Translations under genes and position numbers: made by a program
The notes under the pieces: generated by a model
Seen by the model: only the letters and a program-made list of their open reading frames with translations
The model's database searches: none
What the model was told of the DNA's origin: nothing
Shown here: in pieces, positions 1-7,310 of the stretch
Numbering within the stretch: position 1 is the first letter of the stretch
How the letters are laid out: the number at the start of each line of letters is the position of its first letter
Virus record (IMG/VR): IMGVR_UViG_3300028909_000001
Length of the DNA stretch: 64,000 nt
Source of the DNA: a virus
Lineage: Duplodnaviria > Caudoviricetes
Direction: 5' to 3' (one strand)

Positions 1-1
1 A

Positions 2-370
2 TCAGAAGAAGCAGCTACTCAATACTCACCTACCCTAACTAATTGTAGAGATTGTAGAGGTTGTAGTAATTGTGATGATTGTAGTTATTGTGATGATTGT
101 AGTAATTGTAGTGGTTGTAGTACTTGTGGAGGTTGTATTAATTGTAGTGTTTGTAGTGTTTGTAGTGATTGTAGTAGTTGTGGAGGTTGTATTAATTGTA
201 GTGTTTGTAGTGTTTGTAGTGATTGTAGTAGTTGTAATGATTGTAGTGATTGTAAAAAATGTTATAAATGTGATAATGGAACACATCTAGAGCCAGTTCA
301 AATTAAGACTGAAGTTATGATAAGACCAGAATTAGACATTAATGATAGAAAGTTGGAACCAGACTTATGA
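2..370 (+). CDS. (Cys-x-x)n repeat protein, family A copy 1 (5'-truncated by window edge)
   Basis: Frame from nt 2 reads SEEAATQYSPTLTNCRDCRGC...IRPELDINDRKLEPDL-TGA; TGA 368-370 overlaps the next ATG (ATGA). Not in the ORF track because the start lies outside the window. Confidence 0.85.
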   Translation, partial: SEEAATQYSPTLTNCRDCRGCSNCDDCSYCDDCSNCSGCSTCGGCINCSVCSVCSDCSSCGGCINCSVCSVCSDCSSCNDCSDCKKCYKCDNGTHLEPVQIKTEVMIRPELDINDRKLEPDL

Positions 371-744
371 CAATAACAAAAAGAAATAATAGATGGTATG
401 ACGAAAATAATAATAGTTGGATAACTGAAGAATCAGCTACTCAATACTCACCTACCTTAACTAATTGTTATGATTGTAGAGGTTGTAGTAATTGTAGTAG
501 TTGTAGAGATTGTTATAATTGTAGTTATTGTAGTAGTTGTAGTAATTGTAGTAGTTGTATTAATTGTAATAATTGTAGTAATTGTAGTAATTGTAATAAT
601 TGTAATAGGTGTAGTGATTGTAGTGATTGTAGTTATTGTAGTCGTTGTAGAGATTGTAGTGATTGGACTGATAATAAGAAATATGAACCGGTAATTAGAC
701 CATTTATAGACTGTACTAACAGACTATTAGAACCAGATTTATGA
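367..744 (+). CDS. (Cys-x-x)n repeat protein, family A copy 2
   Basis: Conserved leader MTITKRNNRWYDENNNSW..SPTLTNC, Cxx array, ends NRLLEPDL; ATGA overlaps at both ends. Confidence 0.9.
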   Translation: MTITKRNNRWYDENNNSWITEESATQYSPTLTNCYDCRGCSNCSSCRDCYNCSYCSSCSNCSSCINCNNCSNCSNCNNCNRCSDCSDCSYCSRCRDCSDWTDNKKYEPVIRPFIDCTNRLLEPDL

Positions 745-1238
745 ATAACAACCTTAAAATAGTAGAACAAAACATATTATTAGCAGACGCCCAAGTAGTT
801 GCTCATTGCTGTAATAATATGAACAAAATGGGTAGTGGGGTAGCCAGAGCCCTAAGATGTAGATTTCCGGAAGTATATGCAACTGATACCAAGTCTTATA
901 TTAACTTTGGTTCAGCTATGTTGGGTAAATGTGTGTTAGTTCCTATCACTACTCTACCTAATCAGACCAAGCTACTATACGTTGCCAATCTATATGGTCA
1001 ATTAGGTTATGGTACAATGCATCTTAGATATGTGCATTATGAAGGATTTTACTTAGCTTTAGAGTCATTAATAAAGCAAATGAGTGAGCAGAATATGACT
1101 AGACTGGCTTTACCTTATAAGATAGGTGCGGATAGGGCTGGCGGTAATTGGAATATTATTGAAACTATGGTTAAGGAGGTTATTAAAGGAAGTAACATTG
1201 AAGTTACTCTATATAAACTTCCTAAAAAGTTAATGTAG
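741..1238 (+). CDS. Macrodomain (ADP-ribose binding/hydrolase) protein
   Basis: VVAHCCNNMNKMGSGVARALRCRFP matches the macrodomain N-x-x-x-x-x-G-x-G-V-A loop; LYVANLYGQ and LALPYKIGADRAGGNW match the phage macrodomain C-terminal motifs. Confidence 0.85.
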   Translation: MNNNLKIVEQNILLADAQVVAHCCNNMNKMGSGVARALRCRFPEVYATDTKSYINFGSAMLGKCVLVPITTLPNQTKLLYVANLYGQLGYGTMHLRYVHYEGFYLALESLIKQMSEQNMTRLALPYKIGADRAGGNWNIIETMVKEVIKGSNIEVTLYKLPKKLM

Positions 1239-1240
1239 TT

Positions 1241-1474
1241 ATGACTCTTTATATCATTCTAAGACATATCAGATCTCCATCAACTAACGCTATTATAGAC
1301 GTCCTATATCAAGCGTTTCAAAATAAGGAGGCAGCCCTGGAATATATCAAATTTTTAACAGATAATAGTACTGTAGTAGGTGAATTTGAATTGAAGGAGT
1401 TTGTATCGGTTGAGAAAGATGAGATAACAATTAGAAGTGAGGGTGGGGAAAGAAGATTAGAACCAGATTTATGA
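1241..1474 (+). CDS. Small hypothetical protein, family B, with shared C-terminal tag
   Basis: 77 aa; MTLYII..KEAA..GEFELKEF..IRSEGGERRLEPDL; ATGA overlap with the next Cys gene. Confidence 0.8.
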   Translation: MTLYIILRHIRSPSTNAIIDVLYQAFQNKEAALEYIKFLTDNSTVVGEFELKEFVSVEKDEITIRSEGGERRLEPDL

Positions 1475-1884
1475 CAATAACTAAAAGAGATACTAGATGG
1501 TATGACGAAAACTATAATAGCTGGGATACTAAAGAATCAGCTACTTTACACTCACCTACCCTAACTGATTGTAGATGGTGTAGAGGTTGTAGTGATTGTA
1601 GAAGGTGTAGTAATTGTAGATATTGTAGTGATTGTAATGCTTGTAGTGGTTGTAATGGTTGTAGAGATTGTTATAATTGTAGTAATTGTATTGATTGTAG
1701 AGATTGTAATGGTTGTAGTGATTGTAGTAGTTGTAGAGATTGTATTTATTGTAGTAGTTGTAGTAATATTTCTTCAGAAAATGATAAATCGTGGTTTAAG
1801 TCCATGTATTATGGAGATGAAGTTAATAAGGAAATAAGACCAGAATTAGACATTAATAATAGAAAGCTAGACCTAGATTTATGA
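1471..1884 (+). CDS. (Cys-x-x)n repeat protein, family A copy 3
   Basis: Same leader and Cxx array; ends IRPELDINNRKLDLDL. Confidence 0.9.
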   Translation: MTITKRDTRWYDENYNSWDTKESATLHSPTLTDCRWCRGCSDCRRCSNCRYCSDCNACSGCNGCRDCYNCSNCIDCRDCNGCSDCSSCRDCIYCSSCSNISSENDKSWFKSMYYGDEVNKEIRPELDINNRKLDLDL

Positions 1885-2207
1885 TTGTATATGCTATTAA
1901 AATATTGAAAGTTAAATATAGTAGAAATACCCTACCTAATAAGTTTGTTAGAGTAGTTATTAAGTATATCGAATTTTATGATAGGGAAGGTTACTGTGAT
2001 GATGAAGAACAGACTAGTATTGAACCTGTAGATTTATACCAAGCCTCTTTGTATCTTAGTAAAGAAGCTGTGGAACAAGAAATTAAAAGGGTAAGGATGA
2101 TAAAAGAAGCGTACAAATACGAAATAGTTGAGATAGAATTAGCTGAGTTAAGTAAGCCTGAAATAAGAATAGAGAACCAGTACAGAAGATTAGATCTAGA
2201 ATTATAA
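1881..2207 (+). CDS. Small hypothetical protein, family B, with shared C-terminal tag
   Basis: 108 aa; MIVYAI..KEAV..IVEIELAEL..IRIENQYRRLDLEL. Confidence 0.8.
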   Translation: MIVYAIKILKVKYSRNTLPNKFVRVVIKYIEFYDREGYCDDEEQTSIEPVDLYQASLYLSKEAVEQEIKRVRMIKEAYKYEIVEIELAELSKPEIRIENQYRRLDLEL

Positions 2208-2212
2208 ACAAT

Positions 2213-2653
2213 ATGCCTAAAGCCACAAATATAAATTGTCATGCCGCCAAAGATATCAATAAACTACCAGATAACACAGTATTGATATCAATAAATGAAG
2301 AATATGAGCCACTTTATCCTTTAAAGTTGGATAGAGAGTCAGAAAATGTGTTAACTTTAAGATTTACTGATATAACTGCACCTTTAACTCATGAAGGCGA
2401 AATGTATCATCCTATTAGTGCTGAAGATGCTTTTAAAATATTAAAGTTCATTGATAAGCATTTAACCAAAGATTTCATAGTTCATTGTGCAGCTGGGGTA
2501 TCTAGAAGTTCAGCTATTTGTCTCTATCTACATATTATGCATTCATATGTGTTAAAAGACAATTTTTGGCTTTCTTCTTCACCTAATTGCTATGTACTTG
2601 GTATGTTAATGCGGCGTAAGGTTGAGCAGGAATCTATGTTAGACGAGATTTAG
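2213..2653 (+). CDS. Cys-dependent (PTP/dual-specificity-like) phosphatase
   Basis: P-loop IVHCAAGVSRSSAI (HCx5R); upstream LISI and LRFTDI motifs typical of small phage PTP-like proteins. Confidence 0.88.
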   Translation: MPKATNINCHAAKDINKLPDNTVLISINEEYEPLYPLKLDRESENVLTLRFTDITAPLTHEGEMYHPISAEDAFKILKFIDKHLTKDFIVHCAAGVSRSSAICLYLHIMHSYVLKDNFWLSSSPNCYVLGMLMRRKVEQESMLDEI

Positions 2654-2654
2654 T

Positions 2655-2900
2655 ATGTCAGATCCAAATCCTCGTATCTTTCCTACTCGATTTCGGCTTT
2701 TGAGTAATATGGAAGTCATAATAACTAAAGAAATAGATGTACAGTGGTGGGGTGATCTACATTATTTATTCGATGTAATTATAGAAGATAATAATAACTA
2801 CTTTTTAGTATATAATAAAGTAGGAGAGACACAGGTTAAAGCTATTATAAAAAGGAGAGAACTTAAACAGTATAATGGTGAATACTATGAAAATAACTAA
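2655..2900 (+). CDS. Hypothetical protein
   Basis: 81-aa ORF tightly packed between neighbours; no recognised motif. Confidence 0.65.
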   Translation: MSDPNPRIFPTRFRLLSNMEVIITKEIDVQWWGDLHYLFDVIIEDNNNYFLVYNKVGETQVKAIIKRRELKQYNGEYYENN

Positions 2901-3219
2901 AAGAGATGATAGATGGTATGACGAAAACGATAATAGTTGGTCTACAGAAGAATCAGCTACTCAATTCTCACCTACTCTAACTAATTGTATTAGTTGTAGA
3001 GATTGTAGATGGTGTAATGATTGTAGAGATTGTAGAGATTGTTATAATTGTAGTAATTGTAGTAATTGTAGTAATTGTAGTAGTTGTACTTATTGTAGAT
3101 GGTGTAATGATTGTAGTAACTGTATTGATTGTAGTGATTGGACTGATAATAAGAAGTATGAACCAGTAACTAGACCGTTTATAGATTGTAGAGATAGACT
3201 ATTAGAACCAGATTTATGA
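2887..3219 (+). CDS. (Cys-x-x)n repeat protein, family A copy 4
   Basis: Start moved from 2875 to ATG 2887 to match the paralogue leader (MKITKRDDRWYDEN); ends DRLLEPDL. Confidence 0.88.
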   Translation: MKITKRDDRWYDENDNSWSTEESATQFSPTLTNCISCRDCRWCNDCRDCRDCYNCSNCSNCSNCSSCTYCRWCNDCSNCIDCSDWTDNKKYEPVTRPFIDCRDRLLEPDL

Positions 3220-3614
3220 AAATAACAAAAATAGCTAATAGATGGTATGACGAAAACAATAATAGCTGGGATACTGAAGAAGCAGCTACTTTATATTCAC
3301 CTACCCTAACTAATTGTTATAATTGTAGTAATTGTAGTAATTGTAGTGTTTGTAGTGATTGTAGTAATTGGTGTAGTAATTGTAATGATTGTGATAGTTG
3401 TAGAGATTGTATTAATTGTAATAATTGTGGTAGTTGTAGTAGTTGTAGTAATTGTAGGAGTTGTTGTAGGTGTAGTGATTGTGATAATTGTAAGTTTATT
3501 GCTTCTTTATTTGATAGAGTTGAAGTTGATGCAAGTTTAATTGAAAGCTGCAAAGAAAATTTAGTTAGAGAAGAATTTGACTTAAACAATAGAAAACTGG
3601 AAATAGAACTATGA
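3216..3614 (+). CDS. (Cys-x-x)n repeat protein, family A copy 5
   Basis: Leader plus Cxx array; ends VREEFDLNNRKLEIEL. Confidence 0.9.
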   Translation: MKITKIANRWYDENNNSWDTEEAATLYSPTLTNCYNCSNCSNCSVCSDCSNWCSNCNDCDSCRDCINCNNCGSCSSCSNCRSCCRCSDCDNCKFIASLFDRVEVDASLIESCKENLVREEFDLNNRKLEIEL

Positions 3615-3883
3615 AGACACTATACGAATTTGAAGAACAACAAAAAGAACTTATAGCTGCTTGTGAGAGAGAAGCTAAAGCTAAATTAGAAGGCAAAAAT
3701 GTATTTATGGATACTTTTGCGCATCGGTTTGAAGATATAGTTGAAGAAATACAAAGAGATGCTAGGAGAGAAGGGGTTAGAGATTGTATAAGGGATATAC
3801 ATATGTGTAAATCAGTTCAATCTAATCCAGACATTATTTATACCCATGAATTAATAATAGCAAGATTAATTAAACTATTATGA
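3611..3883 (+). CDS. Hypothetical protein (helical)
   Basis: 90-aa ORF coupled by ATGA overlap; no recognised motif. Confidence 0.7.
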   Translation: MKTLYEFEEQQKELIAACEREAKAKLEGKNVFMDTFAHRFEDIVEEIQRDARREGVRDCIRDIHMCKSVQSNPDIIYTHELIIARLIKLL

Positions 3884-3931
3884 ACATATATGAAGTAGTA
3901 GATAAATATGAACTAGCACAATATATTCTAA

Positions 3932-4225
3932 ATGAAAATATACCTAATACAGGTTCTAAAACTAAATGGTTTTCTATATGATAATGCTGATGAAATTCGG
4001 TATTTAGCAGTGAATTCTTATATAGACTATACAACAAGGGAAGTAAAAAATGCTAGAGTATTTGAAGATAGAGAAAAAATTGGAGACGAACTATATGAAA
4101 TTACACTAATGAATAGTTTTAATTTTCTCGTTACTAAAATTCTTGAGTTTGAGCTAGTAGAATTTAAAGGTAATAAGTCAATTAGAAGTGAGGGAGGAGA
4201 GAGAAGATTAGAACTAGACTTATGA
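3932..4225 (+). CDS. Small hypothetical protein, family B, with shared C-terminal tag
   Basis: 97 aa; MKIYLI..REKI..ILEFELVEF..IRSEGGERRLELDL. Confidence 0.8.
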   Translation: MKIYLIQVLKLNGFLYDNADEIRYLAVNSYIDYTTREVKNARVFEDREKIGDELYEITLMNSFNFLVTKILEFELVEFKGNKSIRSEGGERRLELDL

Positions 4226-4701
4226 CAATAACTAAAATAGATAATAGATGGTATGACGAAAACAATAATAGTTGGTCTACAGAAGAACTAGCTACTACTG
4301 ACTCTCCTACCCTAACTAATTGTAGTAGTTGTAGAGATTGTAGATGGTGTAGGAATTGTATTCATTGTAAAGGTTGTATTGGTTGTATTGATTGTTATGA
4401 TTGTAATGATTGTAGTAATTGTAGTAGTTGTAGTGGTTGTAGTAGTTGTATTGATTGTAATCGTTGTAGTGATTGTACTGGCTGTATTGATTGTAGTTAT
4501 TGTAGTTATTGTAATAATTGTAGTGAGTGTAGTAACTGTAAAAACTGTTATAAATGTAATACCTTTTCTTTTTGTAGAAACTGTGCTTTTGGTTTTAAGA
4601 AAAGCTATTATAAACCTATGAAGTATAAACGTAGAGCTAAGAAGAGTAAAATTAGACAGGAATATGACATTAATGATAGAAGATTGGAGATTGAACTGTG
4701 A
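4222..4701 (+). CDS. (Cys-x-x)n repeat protein, family A copy 6 (longest array)
   Basis: Leader, long Cxx array, basic linker, ends IRQEYDINDRRLEIEL. Confidence 0.9.
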   Translation: MTITKIDNRWYDENNNSWSTEELATTDSPTLTNCSSCRDCRWCRNCIHCKGCIGCIDCYDCNDCSNCSSCSGCSSCIDCNRCSDCTGCIDCSYCSYCNNCSECSNCKNCYKCNTFSFCRNCAFGFKKSYYKPMKYKRRAKKSKIRQEYDINDRRLEIEL

Positions 4702-4943
4702 TAGCAAACCATATAATATTAACCAGCTGTTACTTAGTAGTAGGGATACTTATAGCTTTAAGAACTGTTATTGAATATACTGACATCCATTACTATCCTA
4801 AGAAGTGTAAGTTAATATTATTTATCCTAGTAATTGCCATATATGCTGTAATAGATGTAACAATTTGGCCTTTATATGCAATTTTAGGTTTGATATCAGG
4901 AATAAGAAGATTAACCAAAGAATTTTTTAAGAATAACAACTAG
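4698..4943 (+). CDS. Small membrane protein (about 2 TM segments)
   Basis: GTG start overlapping the TGA stop; two long hydrophobic stretches and a basic C-terminus. Confidence 0.7.
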   Translation: MIANHIILTSCYLVVGILIALRTVIEYTDIHYYPKKCKLILFILVIAIYAVIDVTIWPLYAILGLISGIRRLTKEFFKNNN

Positions 4944-4968
4944 ACAAACAAACAAATTAACGTATAAT
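4941..4968 (+). promoter_or_regulatory. Sigma70-like promoter, probably giving a leaderless transcript
   Basis: TAGACA (4941-4946), 16 nt spacer, TATAAT (4963-4968); ATG 4975 lies 6 nt after the -10 box. Confidence 0.6.
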
Positions 4969-4974
4969 AAACAT

Positions 4975-5607
4975 ATGAAATTAACATCAATAACATCAAT
5001 AATGGCAGTAATTAGTCTATGCACTATTTCTGCTTTCGGTCAAACTAATGTCACTCAAGTCCCAAACTTGATGGCCAACATTCCTGTCTCAACAGCTGTG
5101 CAGGCTATCTATCAGGACATTGCAAATTCTGGTATTATGCAGGCAACTAATTGGGGAGTTAGTCCTTATGGTACTTATGCACCTAAGTCAGCTAACAAAT
5201 ATGGTGGTGGTGTATTGGCAGTATATAATGTCCCAACACTTACCGGGTCTTTAGGAGCAGTTGGTGCAGTGTTAGGGGCAGATTGGTTGGGGTCCTGGTC
5301 TTTGGTCAGTGGTTCAGTAACTCTTTCAACACCTACGCATCCATTAGCATCAACATCACTATTAAACTGGCTTCCTACCGGTATTCGTAACATTGAAGCT
5401 GATCCTATTGCTATTGCTGGTATCGGAACACCCTTATCTGGGTCATCTGGGGCAGCTGAGTTGTGGGATATAGGATACAACGTTGATATTTATAATACTG
5501 CTACTAGTAAAGTCGGCGCTGGGTTTACTTGGGGTGAATGGATCAATGCCGGAACTGAGTCTGGACATAGATATCACTTATTCGTTAGTTGGAAATACAA
5601 CTTCTAA
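4975..5607 (+). CDS. Secreted, probable outer-membrane beta-barrel protein
   Basis: Sec-type signal peptide MKLTSITSIMAVISLCTISAFG|Q; amphipathic Gly/aromatic strands; C-terminus YHLFVSWKYNF fits the BAM beta-signal (terminal Phe, aromatic at -3). Confidence 0.65.
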   Translation: MKLTSITSIMAVISLCTISAFGQTNVTQVPNLMANIPVSTAVQAIYQDIANSGIMQATNWGVSPYGTYAPKSANKYGGGVLAVYNVPTLTGSLGAVGAVLGADWLGSWSLVSGSVTLSTPTHPLASTSLLNWLPTGIRNIEADPIAIAGIGTPLSGSSGAAELWDIGYNVDIYNTATSKVGAGFTWGEWINAGTESGHRYHLFVSWKYNF

Positions 5608-5637
5608 TTTAGTTAGAGTAGTTTATACTACTACACT

Positions 5638-5961
5638 ATGAAACTAACAAAAAGAAATGATAGATGGTATGACGAAAACAATAATAGTTGGATAACAGAA
5701 CAACTAGCTACTCTACACTCACCTAATCTAACTAATTGTAACTGGTGTAGTGATTGTAGTAATTGTAATAATTGTAATAGTTGTAGTGATTGTAGTGATT
5801 GTAGAGATTGTTATATGTGTGTTAATTGTAGGAGTTGTAATCATCTTGCAAATAAGAAAAACTATAAACCACAACCTATTAAATCTAAGAAAAAGAAGAA
5901 AATTACTAAAATTAGACAAGAATACAATATTAACGATAGAAGATTGGAACTAGAATTATGA
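5638..5961 (+). CDS. (Cys-x-x)n repeat protein, family A copy 7 (shortest array)
   Basis: Leader plus Cxx array; ends IRQEYNINDRRLELEL. Confidence 0.9.
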   Translation: MKLTKRNDRWYDENNNSWITEQLATLHSPNLTNCNWCSDCSNCNNCNSCSDCSDCRDCYMCVNCRSCNHLANKKNYKPQPIKSKKKKKITKIRQEYNINDRRLELEL

Positions 5962-6656
5962 AAATAATAGCAGATGGTGATAGTTGGAACAGCTACCCAC
6001 TTCCTTTCTCTGGTGGTGGGTTGGCTGATCATTTAGCTGTTGTGTTAGATATTGATATTGAAAACTATGCCCATCCCGGTGATAGTACTGAAGAAACAAT
6101 GGGCTTAAAGAAGAGATTAAAGTTGGAACAATATCTACCAAACAGTGATATCTTATTATTCTCAGGTGGTGGTGATGATTTTGTGGGTGATCAGCTTCCT
6201 ATATTTCTAAATGATAATAAGGATGGAAATATTAATAAAGCCATAGATCTTGATAGACTTGATGCAGCCATGGATCTTGCTATAGCAGATTATGAGGATC
6301 TGTTTCAGTTAAGAGATGAAATAGCTCCTAACTGTCTCATAATTACACATAGCTATGATTTTCCTGTTCCTGAAATGATTGGTAATGGTGTATTGTGGTT
6401 AGGTCCTTGGATTAAACCTGGGATGGATCATTGTGGCTGGACTAATCCTAAAGATGCTGCTGATATAACGAAGCTTATTCTTTTAGAATTTGAAAGAAGA
6501 ATAAGTTTGCTCAGTCTACCTAATCATCTTCATATTAATTTTCAAGGAACATTAACTACTTCTGACTGGGGTAATGAAATACATCCTAATAGTAGTGGTT
6601 GGAAGAAGTTAGCTAATCAAATTAAATTGAAATTAGTCCATTATTTAAATAAATAA
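5958..6656 (+). CDS. SGNH/GDSL-type hydrolase
   Basis: Block I IIADGDSW, block II AHPG, block III SGGGDDF, block V NEIHP. Confidence 0.85.
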   Translation: MKIIADGDSWNSYPLPFSGGGLADHLAVVLDIDIENYAHPGDSTEETMGLKKRLKLEQYLPNSDILLFSGGGDDFVGDQLPIFLNDNKDGNINKAIDLDRLDAAMDLAIADYEDLFQLRDEIAPNCLIITHSYDFPVPEMIGNGVLWLGPWIKPGMDHCGWTNPKDAADITKLILLEFERRISLLSLPNHLHINFQGTLTTSDWGNEIHPNSSGWKKLANQIKLKLVHYLNK

Positions 6657-6669
6657 TATCAATCTTAAC

Positions 6670-6697
6670 ATAGCCTCCTACAAAATTAGGAGGCTAT
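6670..6697 (+). terminator. Hairpin, probable intrinsic terminator or processing stem
   Basis: Perfect 11-bp stem ATAGCCTCCTA / TAGGAGGCTAT with a 6-nt loop, in the intergenic gap; weak U-tract. Confidence 0.6.
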
Positions 6698-6717
6698 TAT
6701 CATTTACAAACAGCACT

Positions 6718-7131
6718 ATGAAACTAAGAAAACGAAATAATAGATGGTATGACGAAAATAATAATAGTTGGATAACTGAAGAATCAGCTACTCAATACTC
6801 ACCTACCTTAACTAATTGTTATGATTGTAGAGGTTGTAGTAATTGTAGTAGTTGTAGAGATTGTTATAATTGTAGTTATTGTAGTAGTTGTAGTAATTGT
6901 AGTAGTTGTATTAATTGTTATAATTGTAGTGATTGTAGTAATTGTAGAAATTGTATTAGTTGTAGTCGTTGTAGTGGTTGTAGTATTTGTAAAGGTTGCA
7001 AACAGTCAATAGAATTAGACTTTAAGAAAAACTATAAACCACAGCCTATTAAATCTAAGAAAAAGAATAAAATTGCTAAAATTAGACAGGAATACAATAT
7101 TAATGATAGAAGATTGGAGATTGAACTATGA
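6718..7131 (+). CDS. (Cys-x-x)n repeat protein, family A copy 8 (mosaic of copies 2 and 9)
   Basis: 6734-6918 is identical to 383-567; 6987-7111 is identical to 7540-7664; ends RRLEIEL. Confidence 0.9.
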   Translation: MKLRKRNNRWYDENNNSWITEESATQYSPTLTNCYDCRGCSNCSSCRDCYNCSYCSSCSNCSSCINCYNCSDCSNCRNCISCSRCSGCSICKGCKQSIELDFKKNYKPQPIKSKKKNKIAKIRQEYNINDRRLEIEL

Positions 7132-7310
7132 TAATAAACAATAAAAATACAATCGATGATACTTATATATTGGTTGATAAGATAAATGGAACATTAAATT
7201 TTGAAGACCTTACCATAGTTGATTTAAGTGATGATGAAGTTAGAATACTTAATTACGCTTATGCTTTAAATGGTAGTTCTTTACGTTATATTTCAGTAAC
7301 ACAATCATGA
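7128..7310 (+). CDS. Small hypothetical protein
   Basis: 60 aa; ATGA overlaps on both sides. Confidence 0.65.
   Translation: MIINNKNTIDDTYILVDKINGTLNFEDLTIVDLSDDEVRILNYAYALNGSSLRYISVTQS

Noticed and set aside
3880-3981. 33-codon ORF MNIYEVVDKYELAQYIL.. coupled by ATGA to 3611-3883
   Set aside because: It overlaps 3932-4225 by 50 nt in another frame and is too short to support; it may be a remnant of a deleted cassette.
35-7012. Val/Ile-rich + strand ORFs (72, 470, 1592, 3346, 4379, 5750, 6821) and Thr/Ile-rich or Gln/Leu/Ser-rich - strand ORFs (35, 3317, 4312, 5728)
   Set aside because: These are shadow frames of the TGT-NNT-NNT repeat, which lacks stops in those frames. They have no conserved starts or ends across copies, while the Cys frame has a conserved leader, tag and ATGA coupling.
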